Shown here: piece by piece, positions 24,893 to 38,769 of the stretch | Position numbering within the stretch: position 1 is the stretch's first letter | Layout of the letters: the number at the start of each line of letters is the position of its first letter | Assembly (NCBI RefSeq): GCF_963921235.1 | Contig: NC_086108.1 | Location: forward strand, 19,530,001 to 19,594,000 | DNA: 64,000 nt | DNA from: Mobula hypostoma | Taxonomy: Eukaryota | Direction of reading: 5' to 3' | Program-made: the position numbers and the translations under genes | The notes under the pieces: model-generated | What the model saw: the letters and a program-made list of their open reading frames with translations, nothing else | Database searches by the model: none | What the model was told of the DNA's origin: nothing

Positions 24893-25010
24893 GATTGCGG
24901 TCCTTAGCACCTCACCCGGAACGGCCTCCGCACTGCCTGTTCAAACCTTAACCAGAACGGATAGGGCGGTTTCTAAGGTTGTCCGCGCTGTGCCTGATTC
25001 CATAGGGGAA
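24893..25010 (-). promoter_or_regulatory. Probable imp3 5' UTR and proximal promoter
   Basis: CpG-rich unique sequence upstream of the ATG, with a CCGGAA ETS-like core (~24917) and a GGGCGG box (24964-24969). Confidence 0.5.
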
Positions 25011-25584
25011 ATAAATGAGAATCAAATTCAGGTTCATTATCACCGGCATGTGTAGTGAAATGTGTTAACAATTTTGCAGCAGTTCAGTGCAATATATGAT
25101 AATATAGAAAGAAAGTAAATAAATAACAGTAAGTAAGCATATATGTATATTGAATCGATTAAAATAGTCCAAAAAAAATATTTTAGAGGTGAGGTAGTGT
25201 TCATAGTTTCAATATCCATTTAGGAATTGTATGGCAGAGGGGAAGAAGCTGTTCCTGAATCACAGAGTGTGTGCCTTCAGACTTCTGTACCTCCTTCCTG
25301 GCGGCAGCAATGAGAAGAGGGCATGATGGGGGTCCTTAATAATGGACGTCGCCTTCCTGAGGCACCACTGCATGACAATGTCTTGGATACTGTGCTTTGT
25401 GGTGAATTAAATGCAACACAAGCCGCGTGGTGCCTCTCATTCGTCAAAACTAAAACAGTTAAGTGAATGTTTTTATAAAACAGACAAAACTAGCTTTAAG
25501 AATCGAAAATCAAAGGAAACTGCTGTGACGAATGCATTGGAGCTGCTTTCTGCATATATGCAGAGCTCATTATTGTATCAATTT

Positions 25585-26037
25585 CGACACTAGCTTTCAC
25601 TCCATCCTCAAATTCACCTGGTCGGTCTCCGACACCTCTCTCCCTTTTCTTGATCTCGGCGTCTCCATCTCCGGAATATATTATCTATCGACATCTTTCA
25701 CAAACTGACTGACCCCCCAGGTGACCATGACAACACTTCTGAAACACGAGAAATTCTGCAGATGCTGGAAATCTTAAGCAACACACATAAAATGCTGGAG
25801 GAACTCAGCAAGTCGGTCGACCTCCATGGACTGGGATAGACAGTCGACGTTTCACGTCAAGGCCTTTCATCAGGGCTGGAAAGAAAAGATCCTGTTCATG
25901 TTGTTTCTTCCCCTCCACGGACGCTGCCTGATTTGCTGAGTTTCTCCAGCATTTTGTGTAGATTGACTACACTTCTACCCATCTGTAACAGCAACTGCAA
26001 GGATGCTATTCCCTTCTCTTAGATGCGCTGTCTCACC
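25585..26037 (+). mobile_element. Decayed PLE RT/thumb fragment
   Basis: SFHSILKFTWSVSDTSLPFLDL...DYTS.H...CKDAIPFS; split by the insertion at 25741. Confidence 0.75.
25741..25963. mobile_element. Miniature fold-back PLE terminus with hammerhead core
   Basis: Inverted PLE ends; TSD TGAC(A/T)ACACTTCT at 25728-25740 and 25964-25976; CUGAUGA...GAAACGUCGACU on minus at ~25842-25877. Confidence 0.75.
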
Positions 26038-26589
26038 TTCATTCAGAATTAGAACTGGGTTTCTTATCACTGACATACGCGGTGAAATTGCACCAGCAGC
26101 AGTATGGTACAACACATGTAACAACCATTGGGTACGATAGGAAAAGAGAGCAAAATAGTGGATTCATCAGTTGATGGACCATACAGAAATGTAACGACAG
26201 AGAGGAAGAAGCTGTTTCTAAAACATTGAGTACATGCTCCTGTATCTCCCACCTGATGGTAGTCATGAGAAGAGGGCATGTCTTGGTTGGTGAGAGTCTT
26301 TAACGGTATATCCAGCCTTCTTGAGGCACTATCTTTGGAATATCTCCTTGATTGTGGTGAGGCTCATGCCATTAATGGAGCCTGCTAAGTCGACAATCCT
26401 CTACAGCCCTTTTTGGTTGTGTTCATTACAGTCACAAACCAGGCAGTGATGCAGCCAATCAGAATGATTTCCACAGTACCTCTGCAGAAATTTGCCAGAG
26501 TCTTCAGTGACATACCAAATATCCCAAAATCCTTATGAAGTATAGCTAGTGGTGTGCTTCCTTCACTTCTTCATTAAGAAATAATTTCT

Positions 26590-29500
26590 TAATTCACAAT
26601 CACCAACATTGAGTTGCCGTTTCGCTTTAAGAGGCTGGTCTGATGTGACGATGTCGTTACATAAAGATTTTTGTGCATTTTGTGTTTTGATTTGCAGTTC
26701 AACAAAAATTGTGTTATGAGTTTCATTAAACATCTCACTTTGTTTTACATGTGAAAACCCACATTGCTGATGCCAATGCTCTAGGACAATTCCAGACTTG
26801 TTGAACATGTCAACCAATGCAGTTGCTTTGAAACTGCTAGAGTTTTGGGGGCAAAATGTCATTCTTTGGTTTGTACAAGCTGAGTCCCAGTTCACTTGAG
26901 AGAAATCTCCACGGACAGCACCAAATTCTACCACATGGTTGTATTGCTCAGCAATTCACAGCCGTGAGAGAGCCGAAAGTTCACCTTTTACAGACTTTTG
27001 GACTATCAGAGACTGAGCGCATTAAACAGTTGCTCTCCTTAACTAGAACTGGTCCTTCAGAGCTAGTGGACCATATTCTATCTCTCCTAGGAAATCAGCA
27101 TCGTTGTTTTATTTTTAAAGAACTCTTCCTTCTTCAAATGCCTGATCATGTTTGCATAGTCTTCGCTAATGCACCTGTGAAGTACTAGAAACACAGAAGC
27201 ATAGAAAACCTACAGTGTAGTACAGGCCCTTCAGCCCACAAAGCTGTGCCAAATATGTCCTTACCTTAGAAATTACCTTAGGTTATCCATAGCCGTCTAT
27301 TTTTCTGAGCTCCATGTACCTGTCCAGGAGTATCTTCAAAGACCGTATCATATCTGCCTCCACCACCGTCGCCGGCAGCCCATTCTACGCACTCACGACT
27401 CTCTGCGTAAAAAAACTTACCCCTGACATCCCTGTACCTACTTCGAAGCACTTTAAAACTGTGCCCTCTCGTGCTAGCCATTTCAGCCCTGGGGAAAAGT
27501 CTCTGACTATCCACATGATAAATGCTTCTCATCATCTTATACACCTCTATCAGGTCACCTCTCATCCTCCGTCGCTCCAAGGAGAAAAGGCCAAGTTCAC
27601 TCAACCTATGCTTCCCAATCCAGGCAACATCCTTGTAAATCTCCTCTGTACCCTTTCTATAGCACAATACTCCAAGTGGGGTCTGACCAGGGTCCTATAT
27701 AGCTGCAACATTACCTCTCTGCTCCTAAACTCAATCCCACGGTTGATGAAGGCCAATGAACCATATGCTTTCTTAACCACAGAGTCAACCTGCGCAGCAG
27801 CTGTGAGGAGCTTGCTGAATTGGCTGGTAGTCTACACTCATCTAAGCAGCAGTGCATCATTACTCCTCCTTTCCCTGCTCAATAAGCTCGATCAGCAAGG
27901 CCCCCAACATAAGGATGCCCACGGCAGTGAACAGACAACGCTGGGTCTGTGTTTTTACCACGCTTGCTTTGGTACTAAAGCTTGGAAGTGCCGACCACCT
28001 TGCAGCTCCGACAGTGCCAGCGCAGCAAGACATGAAAGGCCTGTGAACACCATGAGCTCCAGCTGCCAGGGTTGTCTACTGTTCATTACAGACACCCTTT
28101 CAGGGCGACATTTCCAGCATGACACGGGTGCTCAAGTGAGCGTCTGCCAGCATCACCTATTGAGAAGGCAAAGAGCGACTTTATCGAGCTGGGAGCCACC
28201 AAGGGTAGCAGTATCCAGACGTACAGGACACAACAGGTGACAATCCGGTTCAGTGGGCAATGTTACAAATGGGATTTCATCCTGACTAAAGTGTTAGAAC
28301 AGGTGCGGATTTCCTGTCCGTCAGTCTTAAGAACTCCTGGCTTGTTGATGTCAAGGACTTTGGGTCATTTCCCTGCAAGTTCCCCACAACGACTCTGTCT
28401 AGCGCATGCACCTCCGCATGTGAGTTTACTCGACTGCTGGGTGAATTCCCAAACCTCACCAAGCCCACATTCTGAACGACATGCACAAAACATTGGGTCG
28501 AGCACCACATTCCCACAACTGGCGCACCAGTCCATGCCCACGTGCATAGACTGGACCCAGACAAGCTGGCAACTGTGAAGGTTGAGTTTGTCAACATGGA
28601 AAGAGTTGGCATTGTATGCTGGTTGAAGAGCCCCTGGGCTTCACGCCTCCACATGGTGATTACCGACACCTCAGCGAGGACACCACCCCTCATCATTACC
28701 CGACCCCATGCATTAAAGACTTTATGGAATGTTCTACCAGGAAACTTATTTTCTCTGAAGTTGATCCAGTTCAGGGCAAAAATCAGGTGGCTGTGTGCTT
28801 GGAGGACATTCCCAAAATAGCTGTGATAACCCCATATGGCCACTTAGAGTTTCTGCTGTTTGGGCTGGAAAAAAAACAGCACTGGTTTTCCGGTGGCTGA
28901 TGGACTCGGTATGAAAAGACTTTGTATTTAACTGGATGACATATTTGTAACCAGTGCATCCAAATTCCAGCACGTTTGTCATCTTTACACACTTTTCGTG
29001 TGCTTAAGCCAACACTGATTGATTACTAACCCTGTCAATCCCATTTTGGGTTGTCAACCACTGATTTTCTCAGCTATTGCATCTCCACAGAAAGTGCAAA
29101 AAACCTCCCATCAAAAGTAGCTGCTATTATGGATCTCCCACCACCCTGCACTCCTGAAAAACTACAGGAATTTTTAGGTGGTAAACTTCTTCACTGCTTC
29201 ATTCCACGAGCCGCTGAAATTATGCCACCCTCCAGTATAGCGTGCTTAAAGGCAATACTGTACCCCTTATCAAGTGCTTGACTGGTCAGTGGACATGACC
29301 AGGGATTGATGATACCAAACAAGCTCTTTCTAACCTGACCCTAGAGCACAGCTGCTCCACATCCACAGCCATTACTGCTGACGCCTCAGACTGTGCTGTG
29401 GGTGCTGTGCACAAACAGTTGGCTGGGGGTGTGTGCAGCTGCTCAGCTTCTTGAGCCGGCAGCTCCGACCCCCCGAAAGGAAGTACAACGCGTTTGCCCA

Positions 29501-31197
29501 TGAGCTTCTCAGTCTTTATCTGGCTGTCCCCATTTTCGTTCTCACAGCATTCATTGACCACAAAACCCTCATGAACACGATGGCTAAAATATCAAATGCT
29601 TATTCTGCACGGCAGCAACACCAGCAAGACTACATATCAGAGTTCACAGCTGACATACAACATATCAAAGGGAAAAGTTGCCTCTCACGGCCGGTCACTG
29701 AAGTCATACTCAGGGGTTGACAATGCCAACATGGCAGCCAACCAAGCTACTAACCCAGAGGTACAGGCTTACTGAACAGCAGTTGGCTGACATTATGATC
29801 AGGTAAGTTGGGGTTTCTCTGCTGTGCAATGTCTCAATCAGTCACCCTCGCCCCATCGTGCCGACAAACAGGAGATGGGCTGTTTTCGACTCCATACACG
29901 GCATCTGCGTTCCAGGCCAGAAGGACTCCCGGAAACTGGTTGCACTAAAGTTTCTGTGGCATGGCATCAGAAAGGATGTGCATGATTGGACTACAGTTTG
30001 TGTGGAGTGCCAGTGGACAAAAATTAACCATCATGTTCAGGCGCCAGTAGTACCTTTTGTAGACCCTGAGCAATGGTTTGACAATGTCAATGTGGACCTT
30101 GATCCTCTCCACCCCACCCCTCCCCTCCCCTGCAGTTTCATGCACCTTCTTACCCTAGTGGTCTGTACAGCTAGGTGGCCAGAGGCTGTCCCTCTAGCAA
30201 CAACAACAGCCGCAGGTGAGGCTCAGGTGTTCATCAGCACCTGGGTTGCTTGGTTTGGCACCCCATCTGATATTTCCTCTGACCACAGTCCCAAGTTCAT
30301 TTCAGATGACTGGGTTGCAATGTTCCAGAACCTCTGCGTTAGTCTACATCACACCACAGTGTATCACCCACAGTCCAATGGCCTATGTGAGTGGTTTCAC
30401 CACTCCTTATAGGCTTCTCTGAGGGCTTTCCTCATCTCCCATGGGTCCTGCTGGGGCTCATAACAGCTCCAAAAGAGGATCTACAGTCATCTGTGGCATA
30501 GTGTACAGGCAGCTGTTATGAGTGCCAGGTGATTTCAGTCCTGACTCCATGTATGCCTGGTCATCCTCTCAACAGCGTTCCACCCTCCTCAATACATTCA
30601 ATTCCTTTTCACCTATTCCTATTCCCCATTATGGCGTACAGCACTCTTGGGTTCCTGTTGACCATCTTGTTAGTTTTCGTCCGCCATGACGCACACCAAC
30701 ATTCCCTTGGGCCTCCTTATGATGGCCATTCCGCATTTGAAATGGGGAGGAAAGACCTTTGTCACAGATAAAATGGGTAAATCTGAAAGTATTTCTGTAG
30801 ATCACCTTAAAGTGGCCCACCAAGATTTGAAGGATTCTGCTACCATGCCCCTGATGTCACAACGTGACCATGAGCAAATCAACACACCTCTGGGAGAGCC
30901 AGAGGCAGGTCTTCCATTCATGGAACACAAGACATGAGCCAGGCATTGCGTTCCAGACAGGCTCACAATGCTGGGGGGGTGGGGGGGGGAGCCTCGATAG
31001 GGGAATGTAATTGGGAGAAATAGATATAATTCACAACCACCAACATTGAGCTAGGGTTTCCTTTAAGATGTTGGTCTGATGTGATGATGTTATTACGTAA
31101 AGATCTTTTGTGTTCAGGTTTTGCAGTTCAATAAAATATATTGCAGGTTTCATTAAACATAAAACACCTCACTTTGTTTTATTTGCGAAAACCTACA
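26590..31197 (+). mobile_element. Decayed Gypsy LTR retrotransposon
   Basis: Similar LTRs ~26590-26763 and ~30996-31197, both ending in CA; G-rich PPT ~30972-30990; gag WFVQAESQF and CFYH..FG.KA.KC..PC; protease DTGAQVSV; RNase H DAS..AVGA; integrase ORF 29858..30412. Confidence 0.9.
27186..27800 (-). mobile_element. CR1 3' fragment inserted in Gypsy gag
   Basis: ORF 27278..27667 (LFSLERRRMRGDLIEVYKMM); tail near 27186. Confidence 0.88.
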
Positions 31198-32115
31198 TGT
31201 TGACGCCCTGGTGCTTGAAGCTACTCACCCTTCCCACTGCTGATCCCTCTATGAACACTGGTGGGCTTTTTCCTGACTTTGCCTTCCTGAAGTCTACAGT
31301 CAATTCTTCGGTCTTACTGATGCTGAGTGCAAGGTTGTTGTTGCAACACCACTCAACCAGCTGATCTACTGTACGCCTCCTCGTCACCATCTGAGATTTA
31401 GCCAACGACATCTGTGTCATTAGCAAATTTATAGATGGCGTTTGAACTGTGCATAGCCACATAGTCATGAATGTAAAGAGAGTGGAGCAGTGGGCAAAGC
31501 ACACGTCCTAGAGGTGCACTTGTGTGGACTGTCAGCTGGGAGAAGATATTATTTCCAATCCAGACCGAATGTGGTCTCTTGATAGGGAAGTCAAGGATCC
31601 TGTTGCAGAGGGAGGTACAGAGAACCAGGTTTTGAAACTTGTTGATCGGTACTGAGGGGATGATGGTGATAAATGCAGAGCTGTAATCAATAAGAGCAAC
31701 CTGACACCGGTATAGCTGTTGTCCAGGTGGTCCAACGCGAGTGGAGAGCCAGTGAGATTGCATCCACTGTTGACCTATTGTGATGTTAGGCAAATTGGAG
31801 TAGGTAAGGGGCCCTTGCTCAGGTGGGAGTTAATTCTACCTATGGCCAAGATCTCAAAGCAGCTCATCACAGTAGAGGTGAGGGCTTCCATGAGATAGTC
31901 ATTGAGGCAGCTCACCTTGCTCTTCTTGGTCACCTGGATGATTGATACCCTTTTGAACTTCCAACTACAGCAGTCTTGGTTAAAGGTTCCTGGCCAGATG
32001 GTTGCAAGAAGTTTTCAGTGCCCTGAAGTGTGATGCCTTGCAAGGATTCTTCCCTTGAAAGATGTTCTGACATTGGCCTCCAAGGCAGAATTCACAGAGT
32101 CACCAGATGTGTTAG
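31198..32115 (-). mobile_element. Rex1/Babar-like LINE RT fragment, continuing at 26040-26560
   Basis: LIDYSSAFITIIP, IYKFANDT and WCCNNNLALSISKTEELTVDFRK motifs. Confidence 0.8.
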
Positions 32116-34896
32116 GGAGCATCAATTCTCATGATGAAGCTTTCCATTCCAGGACATCTGAGATAATGCCCTTTTTCTGAAAATTGGGTTGTTTGTTGTA
32201 TCTGATGCTCATTGTGTGGTCTCTTCAACATTTGGTGAGACCTGACACTCACTGGGGGAAATCTCTTCATCATGCACCTTCGCTGTACTTAACAGCCAGG
32301 ACTTCCCGGTGGCCAGCGATTTCAATTCAAACTTCCATTTCCCAAGGACATGTCTGTCCTTAGCCTCCTCTACTGCCACATAGAGGCCAGATACAGGCTG
32401 GGGAGGCAACTCTGAATATTTTATCTTGGTAGCCTCCAACCTGACATTAATTTCTCGAACTTCCAGTAACCGCTTTCCTCTGTTCCTCCCACCACCCCCT
32501 TGCAGCATTTCACAACACCAATGTCCAACAGGGTCTTGCGATCGCAAGAAAAATGACTAAAATGCTCACTCGCTGTTAGACTACACACCTCCTTCATGCA
32601 CCTTCGCCTCTCTGTCGCAAACTGCAAACACAGTCCACAACAAGTCCAGCTACTTAAGATTGTCTGCCAATGAGCAATTTGTTGAATGGGCAGATCTGCT
32701 GTAGTTTACATTTTTAATGTCCAGCAGGGTCTTACGATTGAAAGAACTACATTTACAAAAAGAGAATAAAACCATTGGTTGATCCCATGAAAGCCGTTGC
32801 CTGCAATCACAGTTCCATCTTACCGGAAGCTCATCCTGCCAGCTCATGCTCCTACCCCTCATCTTACCATATCATTCTGGCTTCTGCCCTCTTCCTTTCC
32901 GGTCCTGATGAAGGTTCTCAGCCTGAAACATTGACTGTTCATTTCCCACCAGAGATGCTGCCTGACACATTGAATTCACCAGCATTTTGTGTGTGTTGCA
33001 AAAGAACAATCTGTGTGATAGTGCTGATGCAGGGTCTTGACATGAAACATCAACAATTTCTTCCCTCCCGCCCCACACTCCCTCAGATGCTGCTCGACCC
33101 ATTGAGTTCCTCCAGCAGATTGTTCATTTGCTTGAGATCCCAGCACCTTCAGTCCGGGCATGCTTCCAGATAAAACTATTGATTTGATTTTTTATTTTGC
33201 AAGAGAGGCAGCAGGATGTGAGATGTCTGCCAAAGCAATGGCCATTATATTTCAAAAGGTTAATTTGCCTTTCATTCCCATTTAACAAAGAGATGCAGTT
33301 TTCTTTTCACATTCTACCCCCATCCCTCCAACCACCATTGTCCTTTGTTCAAAAGCGGACTGGACTGTACAATCTTCCCAGTTTAAGTAAGATGGCAGCT
33401 TTTTCAAAGCACGTCTTGATGCAGGATTTCAACCCGAAACATCATCATTACCTTCCTGCTCTGCACAAGATGCTGTGTGACCTGCTATATCCTTCCAGCA
33501 GATTGTATAAGTTCTAGTATCTTCATATTTCCCTCAGAAGTGGAAGGCCATTCAGCCCACTGTCTATACCATCTCATGAAGCAATCCCATTGCCCCCATT
33601 CCCATCAACTGCCCACGGATCATCCTACTCACCTGCCTACATATTACACTTCATGTCAATTAACCTATCATCATGAGCATCTTTGAGATGTGGAAAGAAA
33701 CTGGACAAAACGCATGCAGTTGCAGGGAAAGTGTGTAAGTTCCACACAGTGTCAGAGTTGCGAGGGCTGCAAACTCTGGGATTCTGCCAACTCAAGTTGC
33801 AAATGTGTTTCCATATTGCCTCTAAACAAAGTTTCTTGCATTGTCATGATTTCAAAGAATGCAGAAACGGGCCCCCTAGCCTACCAGGTCCATGCCAATC
33901 TACTGGTTCATCTGCACATCCCACTTGCCTGCATTATGTCGATGACTTTCTGCACTTGCTTAATGTGTCTTAATTATAGGAATTATATCTGATTTCACCA
34001 CCCCTCCCGGCAGCACATTACAGATATCAGTCACTCTTTTTATTAAAAAAACCCCTTCCTCTCGATCTAAACTTCACTGTCCTGATCAAAGGCCTTGGCC
34101 TGATATACTGTCTATCCTTCTCCATAGTTGTTGCATGACCAGCTGAATTTCTCCAGCACTTTGTGTCTGTACTGTAAACTCTTGCTTTTGGAGGAACATT
34201 TTGATTAACTCTCTCATGCCTCTTGTAATTTTATGTACCTCTCAGGATAAGTCCAGGGAAAAACAAGCCCAGCCTATGCAATCTCTTCCCAGAACTAAAG
34301 ACCTTGAAGCCAGGCAGCATCCTGGTGAATCATTTCTGTTAAATTTCCTTTAGCTTTGATCAATTCCAGGAAATCAGCAGAAACTGCAGGGTATGGACAT
34401 AGAAACCAACCTTCTCTCAATAGTCCATGTCAATATTTCTCACTGCCTCAGTAAAGCAGTCTACATTATCAAAGACCCTCACACCCTGGACGTCCTTTCT
34501 TATTCCCTCTCACAGAAGAAACAAAAGCTTGAAAGTCCTTACTGCCAGGCTCAAGCATAGTTACAATCCAGTTGTGATGAGAATATTAAACAATTTCCTT
34601 GTACAATAAAATGGACGGTTGACCTCACAACCTAACTCATTATGATCTTGCACTTTTATCATTTATCTGCACTGGAGTTTCTCTGTAGTTGTTACACCGT
34701 ATTCTGCATTGTTATTGTTTTACCTTGTTCTACCTCAGTGCATTGTGTAATTATCCGATCTGTATGAACAATATGCAAGACAGGATTCTCACTGTATCTT
34801 GGTACATGTGACAATAATAAACCAATACCAGTTGGTTCCCAAATTCTCTATCCATCTCATTTCTTACAGGATGTCTTCAGCCAGAGAGCATCATCT

Positions 34897-35491
34897 GACA
34901 ATAAACTGGACTGGTCAAAGAACACTGAGGCTGTCTACAAGAAGGGTCAGAGCTGTCTCTATTCCTGAGGAGACTGAGGTCCTTTAACATCTGTCGGATG
35001 ATGCTGAGGATGTTCTACGACTCTGTGGTGGCCAGTGCGATCATGTTTGTTGTTGTGTGCTGGGGCAGCAGGCTGAGGGTAGCAGACACCAACAGAATCA
35101 ACAAACTCATTCGTAAGGCCAGTGATGTTGTGGGGATGGAACTGGACTCTCTGACGGTGGTGTCTGAAAAGACGATGCTGTCCAAGTTGCATGCCATCTT
35201 AGACAATGTCTCCCATCCACTACATAATGTAGTGGTTGGGCACAGGAGTACATTTAGCCAGAGACTCATTCCACCGAGATGCAACACAGAGAGTCATAGG
35301 AAGTCATTCCTGCCTGTGGCCATCAAACTTTACAACTCCTCACTTGGAGGGTCAGACACCCTGAGCCAATAGGCTGGTACTGGACTTATTTCCTGGCATA
35401 ATTTACAAATTACTATTTAATTATTTATGGAGCAACTGTAACAAAAACCAATTTCCCCTGGGATCAATAAAGTATGACTATGACTATGACT
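34897..35491 (+). mobile_element. Rex1/Babar-like LINE 3' end
   Basis: ORF 34998..35372 (MFYDSVVAS...SFLPVAIKLYN); tail GGGATCAATAAAG(TATGAC)n. Confidence 0.85.
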
Positions 35492-35555
35492 AGCTTGTTC
35501 TAGCTCTTCAGGCACCTCTCTTAAACAAGTAAGAGGAGTAAGAAAAAGCTAGATG

Positions 35556-36901
35556 GTTGGTTGGTAAGTTGATGGAGAAGATCCTGAGAGGCAGGACTTA
35601 TGAACATTTGGAGAGGCATAATATGATTAGGAATAGTCAGCATGGCTTTATCAAAGCAGGTCGTGCCTTACGAGCCTGATTTAATTTTTTGAGGATGTGA
35701 CTAAACACATTGATGAAGGTAGAGCAACAGATGTAGTGTATATGAATTTCAGCAAGGCATTTAACAAGGTACCCCATGAAAGGCTTATTGAGAAAGTAAG
35801 GAGGCATGGGATCCAAGGGGACATTGCCTTGTGGATCCAGAACTAGCTTGCCCACGGAAGGTAAAGAGTGGTTGTAGATGGGTCATATTCTGCATGGAGG
35901 TCGGAGACCAGTGGTGTGCCTCAGGGATCTGGTCTGGGACCCCACTCTTTGTGATTTTTTATAAATGAACTGGATGAGGAAGTGGAGGGATGGGTTACTA
36001 AATTTGCTGATGACACAAAGGTTAGAGGTGTTGTGGATAGTGTGGAGGGCTGTCAGAGGTTACAGCAGGACATTGATAGGAAGCAAAACTGGGCTGAGAA
36101 GTGGCAGATGGAGTTCAACCCAGATATGTGTGAGGTGGTTCATTTTGGTAGGTCAAATATGATGGCAGAATATAGTATTAATGGTAAGACACTTGGCAGT
36201 GTGGAGGACCAGAGGGATCTTGGGTCTGAGTCCATAGGACACTCAAAGCTGCTGTTGACTCTGGGGTTAAGAAGGCCTACAGAGCATTGGCCTTCATCAA
36301 TCATGGGATTGAGTTTAAGAGCCAAGAGGTAATGTTGCAGCTATATGGGACCCTGGTCAGACCCCACTTGGAGTATTGTGCTCAATTCTGGTCGCCTCAC
36401 TACAGGAAGGACGTGGAAACCATAGAAAGGGTGCAGAGGAGATTTACAAGGATGTTGCCTGGATTAGGGAGCATGCCTTATGAGAATAGGTTGAGTGAAC
36501 TCGGCCTTTTCTCCTTGGAGCGACAGAGGATGAGAGGTGACCTGATAGATGTGTACATGATAATGAGAGGCATTGATCATGAGGATAGTCAGAGTTTTTC
36601 CCAAGGCTGAAATGGCTAGCACGAGAGGGCATAGTTTTAAGGTGCTTGGAAGTAGGTACAGAGGAGATGTCAGGGGTAAGTTTTTTACACAGAGAGTGAT
36701 GAGTACGTGGAATATGGGCTGCCAACGGTGGTGGTGGATGCAGGAGCAATAGGGTCTTTTAAGAGACCCCTGGATGGATACATGGAGCTTAGAAAAACTG
36801 AGGGCTATGGGTAACCCTAGGTAGTTCTTAGGTAAGGACATGTTTGGCACTGCTTTGTGGGCCGAAGGGCCTGTATTGTGCTGTAGGTTTTCTATGTTTC
36901 T
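35556..36901 (+). mobile_element. 5'-truncated CR1 LINE
   Basis: ORFs 35982..36332 and 36287..36610; TTTCTATGTTTCTA tail. Confidence 0.9.
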
Positions 36902-36959
36902 AAGTGAAGCGTTTTGATTTCTCCTTAGCTTCAGTAGCTTCTGAAAATGATGGTGTTGG

Positions 36960-37790
36960 AAATGAATGTTTTACAAATTGTTGTGAAATGTGTTGTTTTG
37001 TGGCAACAGTACATTGCAATACATTGTAAAAACATACACATAAGAATAAGATATATACTATATAAAATAAGTCGTGCAAAAAGAGAGCAAAAATACTTTA
37101 AATTTAGTGAGATAGTGAGGTAGAATTCATTGTCCATTTAGAAATTTCATGGTGGAAGGGAATAATCTGTTCTTAAAGTGTTGAGTGTGTGTCTTCAGGC
37201 TCTTGTATGTCCTCCTTAACAGCAGCAAATGACAAAAGGGGATGGCCTGGGCGATAGGGGTCCTTAATGACAGATGCCGCCTTTTGAAGATGTCCTCAAT
37301 GTTGGGGAGGCAAATGGCCATGATGGAGCTGGCTGAGTTTACAACTCTCTGCAGCTTGTTTCAATCCTGTGCATTGCACCCCCCCCCCACTCCCACACAT
37401 GATGGTGATGCAACCAGTTGGAATGCTGTCCAAGGTATAGATGTAGAAATTTGCATGAGTCTTTGGTGACACACCAAATCTGCTCAAGTTCCTGATGTAA
37501 TTTAGCCACTGTTGTAATTGCAATTCCTTGTAATTGCATCAATAGGTTGAGCCTGAGATAGATCCAGGATAGATCTCCAGAGATGCTGACACCCAGGAAC
37601 TTGAAGCTGTCCACACTTTTCATTGCTGATCCCTTGATGAGGACTGGTGTGCGTTCCCTCGACATTCCACAATCGATCCCTTGGTCTTACTGCCATTGAT
37701 TTCAAGGTTTTTTGAACACCACTCAAATAGCTGATCTATTTCACTGTTGTATGCCTCCTCGATACCATCCGAAATTCTGCCAACAGGTGC
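36960..37790 (-). mobile_element. Rex1/Babar-like LINE 3' fragment
   Basis: VDSFKFLGVSISGDLSW and KTHTQHFKNRLFP motifs. Confidence 0.75.
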
Positions 37791-38769
37791 TGCCGGAACT
37801 GCTGTTCCCTATATTCCAGATTTCCAACATCTATCATATTTTTTAAAAATTTCTTTCTGCTGTTCCTAATGTTCTTGCAACAGAAGTCTGACAAAAAGCC
37901 TTTTATCTGTCAATGAAACCTGCCCAGCCACTTTCTAATACAAATCAGCCTCCAGCTCATTCCCAGTATTTTCTGCTATAGTTGCAGATTTTTGGCATTC
38001 AGTTGTCTGTTCTGCTGCACTCCTCTGGCTGCTGCCTTCGCTGTAGTCAGCAAGACTGGAAACGACATGGCACAGCCCTGACCCTTGTGGCTTACTGCCA
38101 CACTGCGTGGCGCATTCACCCATGCTACAGATTGTTTTAATCCTCTTTGTTCATGGGTTCAGAGGCACAGTACAAAGGTTGGCCACAGTTGGCACAAACT
38201 GCTGCTGAACTGCTGAGAGGAAAAGGGACGATTGTGTATTGATCCGTGTGGGTGGGCTTTAAGGGATCAGATTACAGTGCTTGAAATACAGTGCTTCGAA
38301 AGAGAAACTTGGAAAACTACAGAAAGCAACACAGCTGTATCTTCCATGTGTAACAGATCTATAGTGTGACTCTGCTTCGAGAGAATCATGTAAACTGAGA
38401 TACAGAAGGAGATTGTTCAGCCCTTCTATTTGAGCTGATTGGCTCTCAGTCAAGGCATCAAAGTCAAAGACTCTGAATTCTCCTGTGAATGAGCATTAAC
38501 TGGCAGCTCCACGGCTGTGCTGTTTGCACAACGGTCCTGATTTTTGAAGGTCCAAACTTCGTGGAGAGAAGTGGCAGAACAGCTGCACATGGTTTCTTTT
38601 AGTATGAGGTAACTATCACACAAAGTTGACAGGGTGAGGTCTTGGCCCAATGATGAGGTGGTTCTAAACAGCTGACTTGGCTGCATGGATATTAGCATCA
38701 GAATATAGAGGGTGCACAAGTAACCTATTCTGATGAACACAGTTGGGCACAGATGATCCATGCCTTATT

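Noticed and set aside
27314..28240. Longest ORF in the track (308 aa)
   Set aside because: Chance chimera of antisense CR1 and decayed Gypsy gag/protease
32570..32630. Exon-like segment on minus
   Set aside because: Flanked by two RKTLLDI motifs that look like a LINE 5' region; no host protein match
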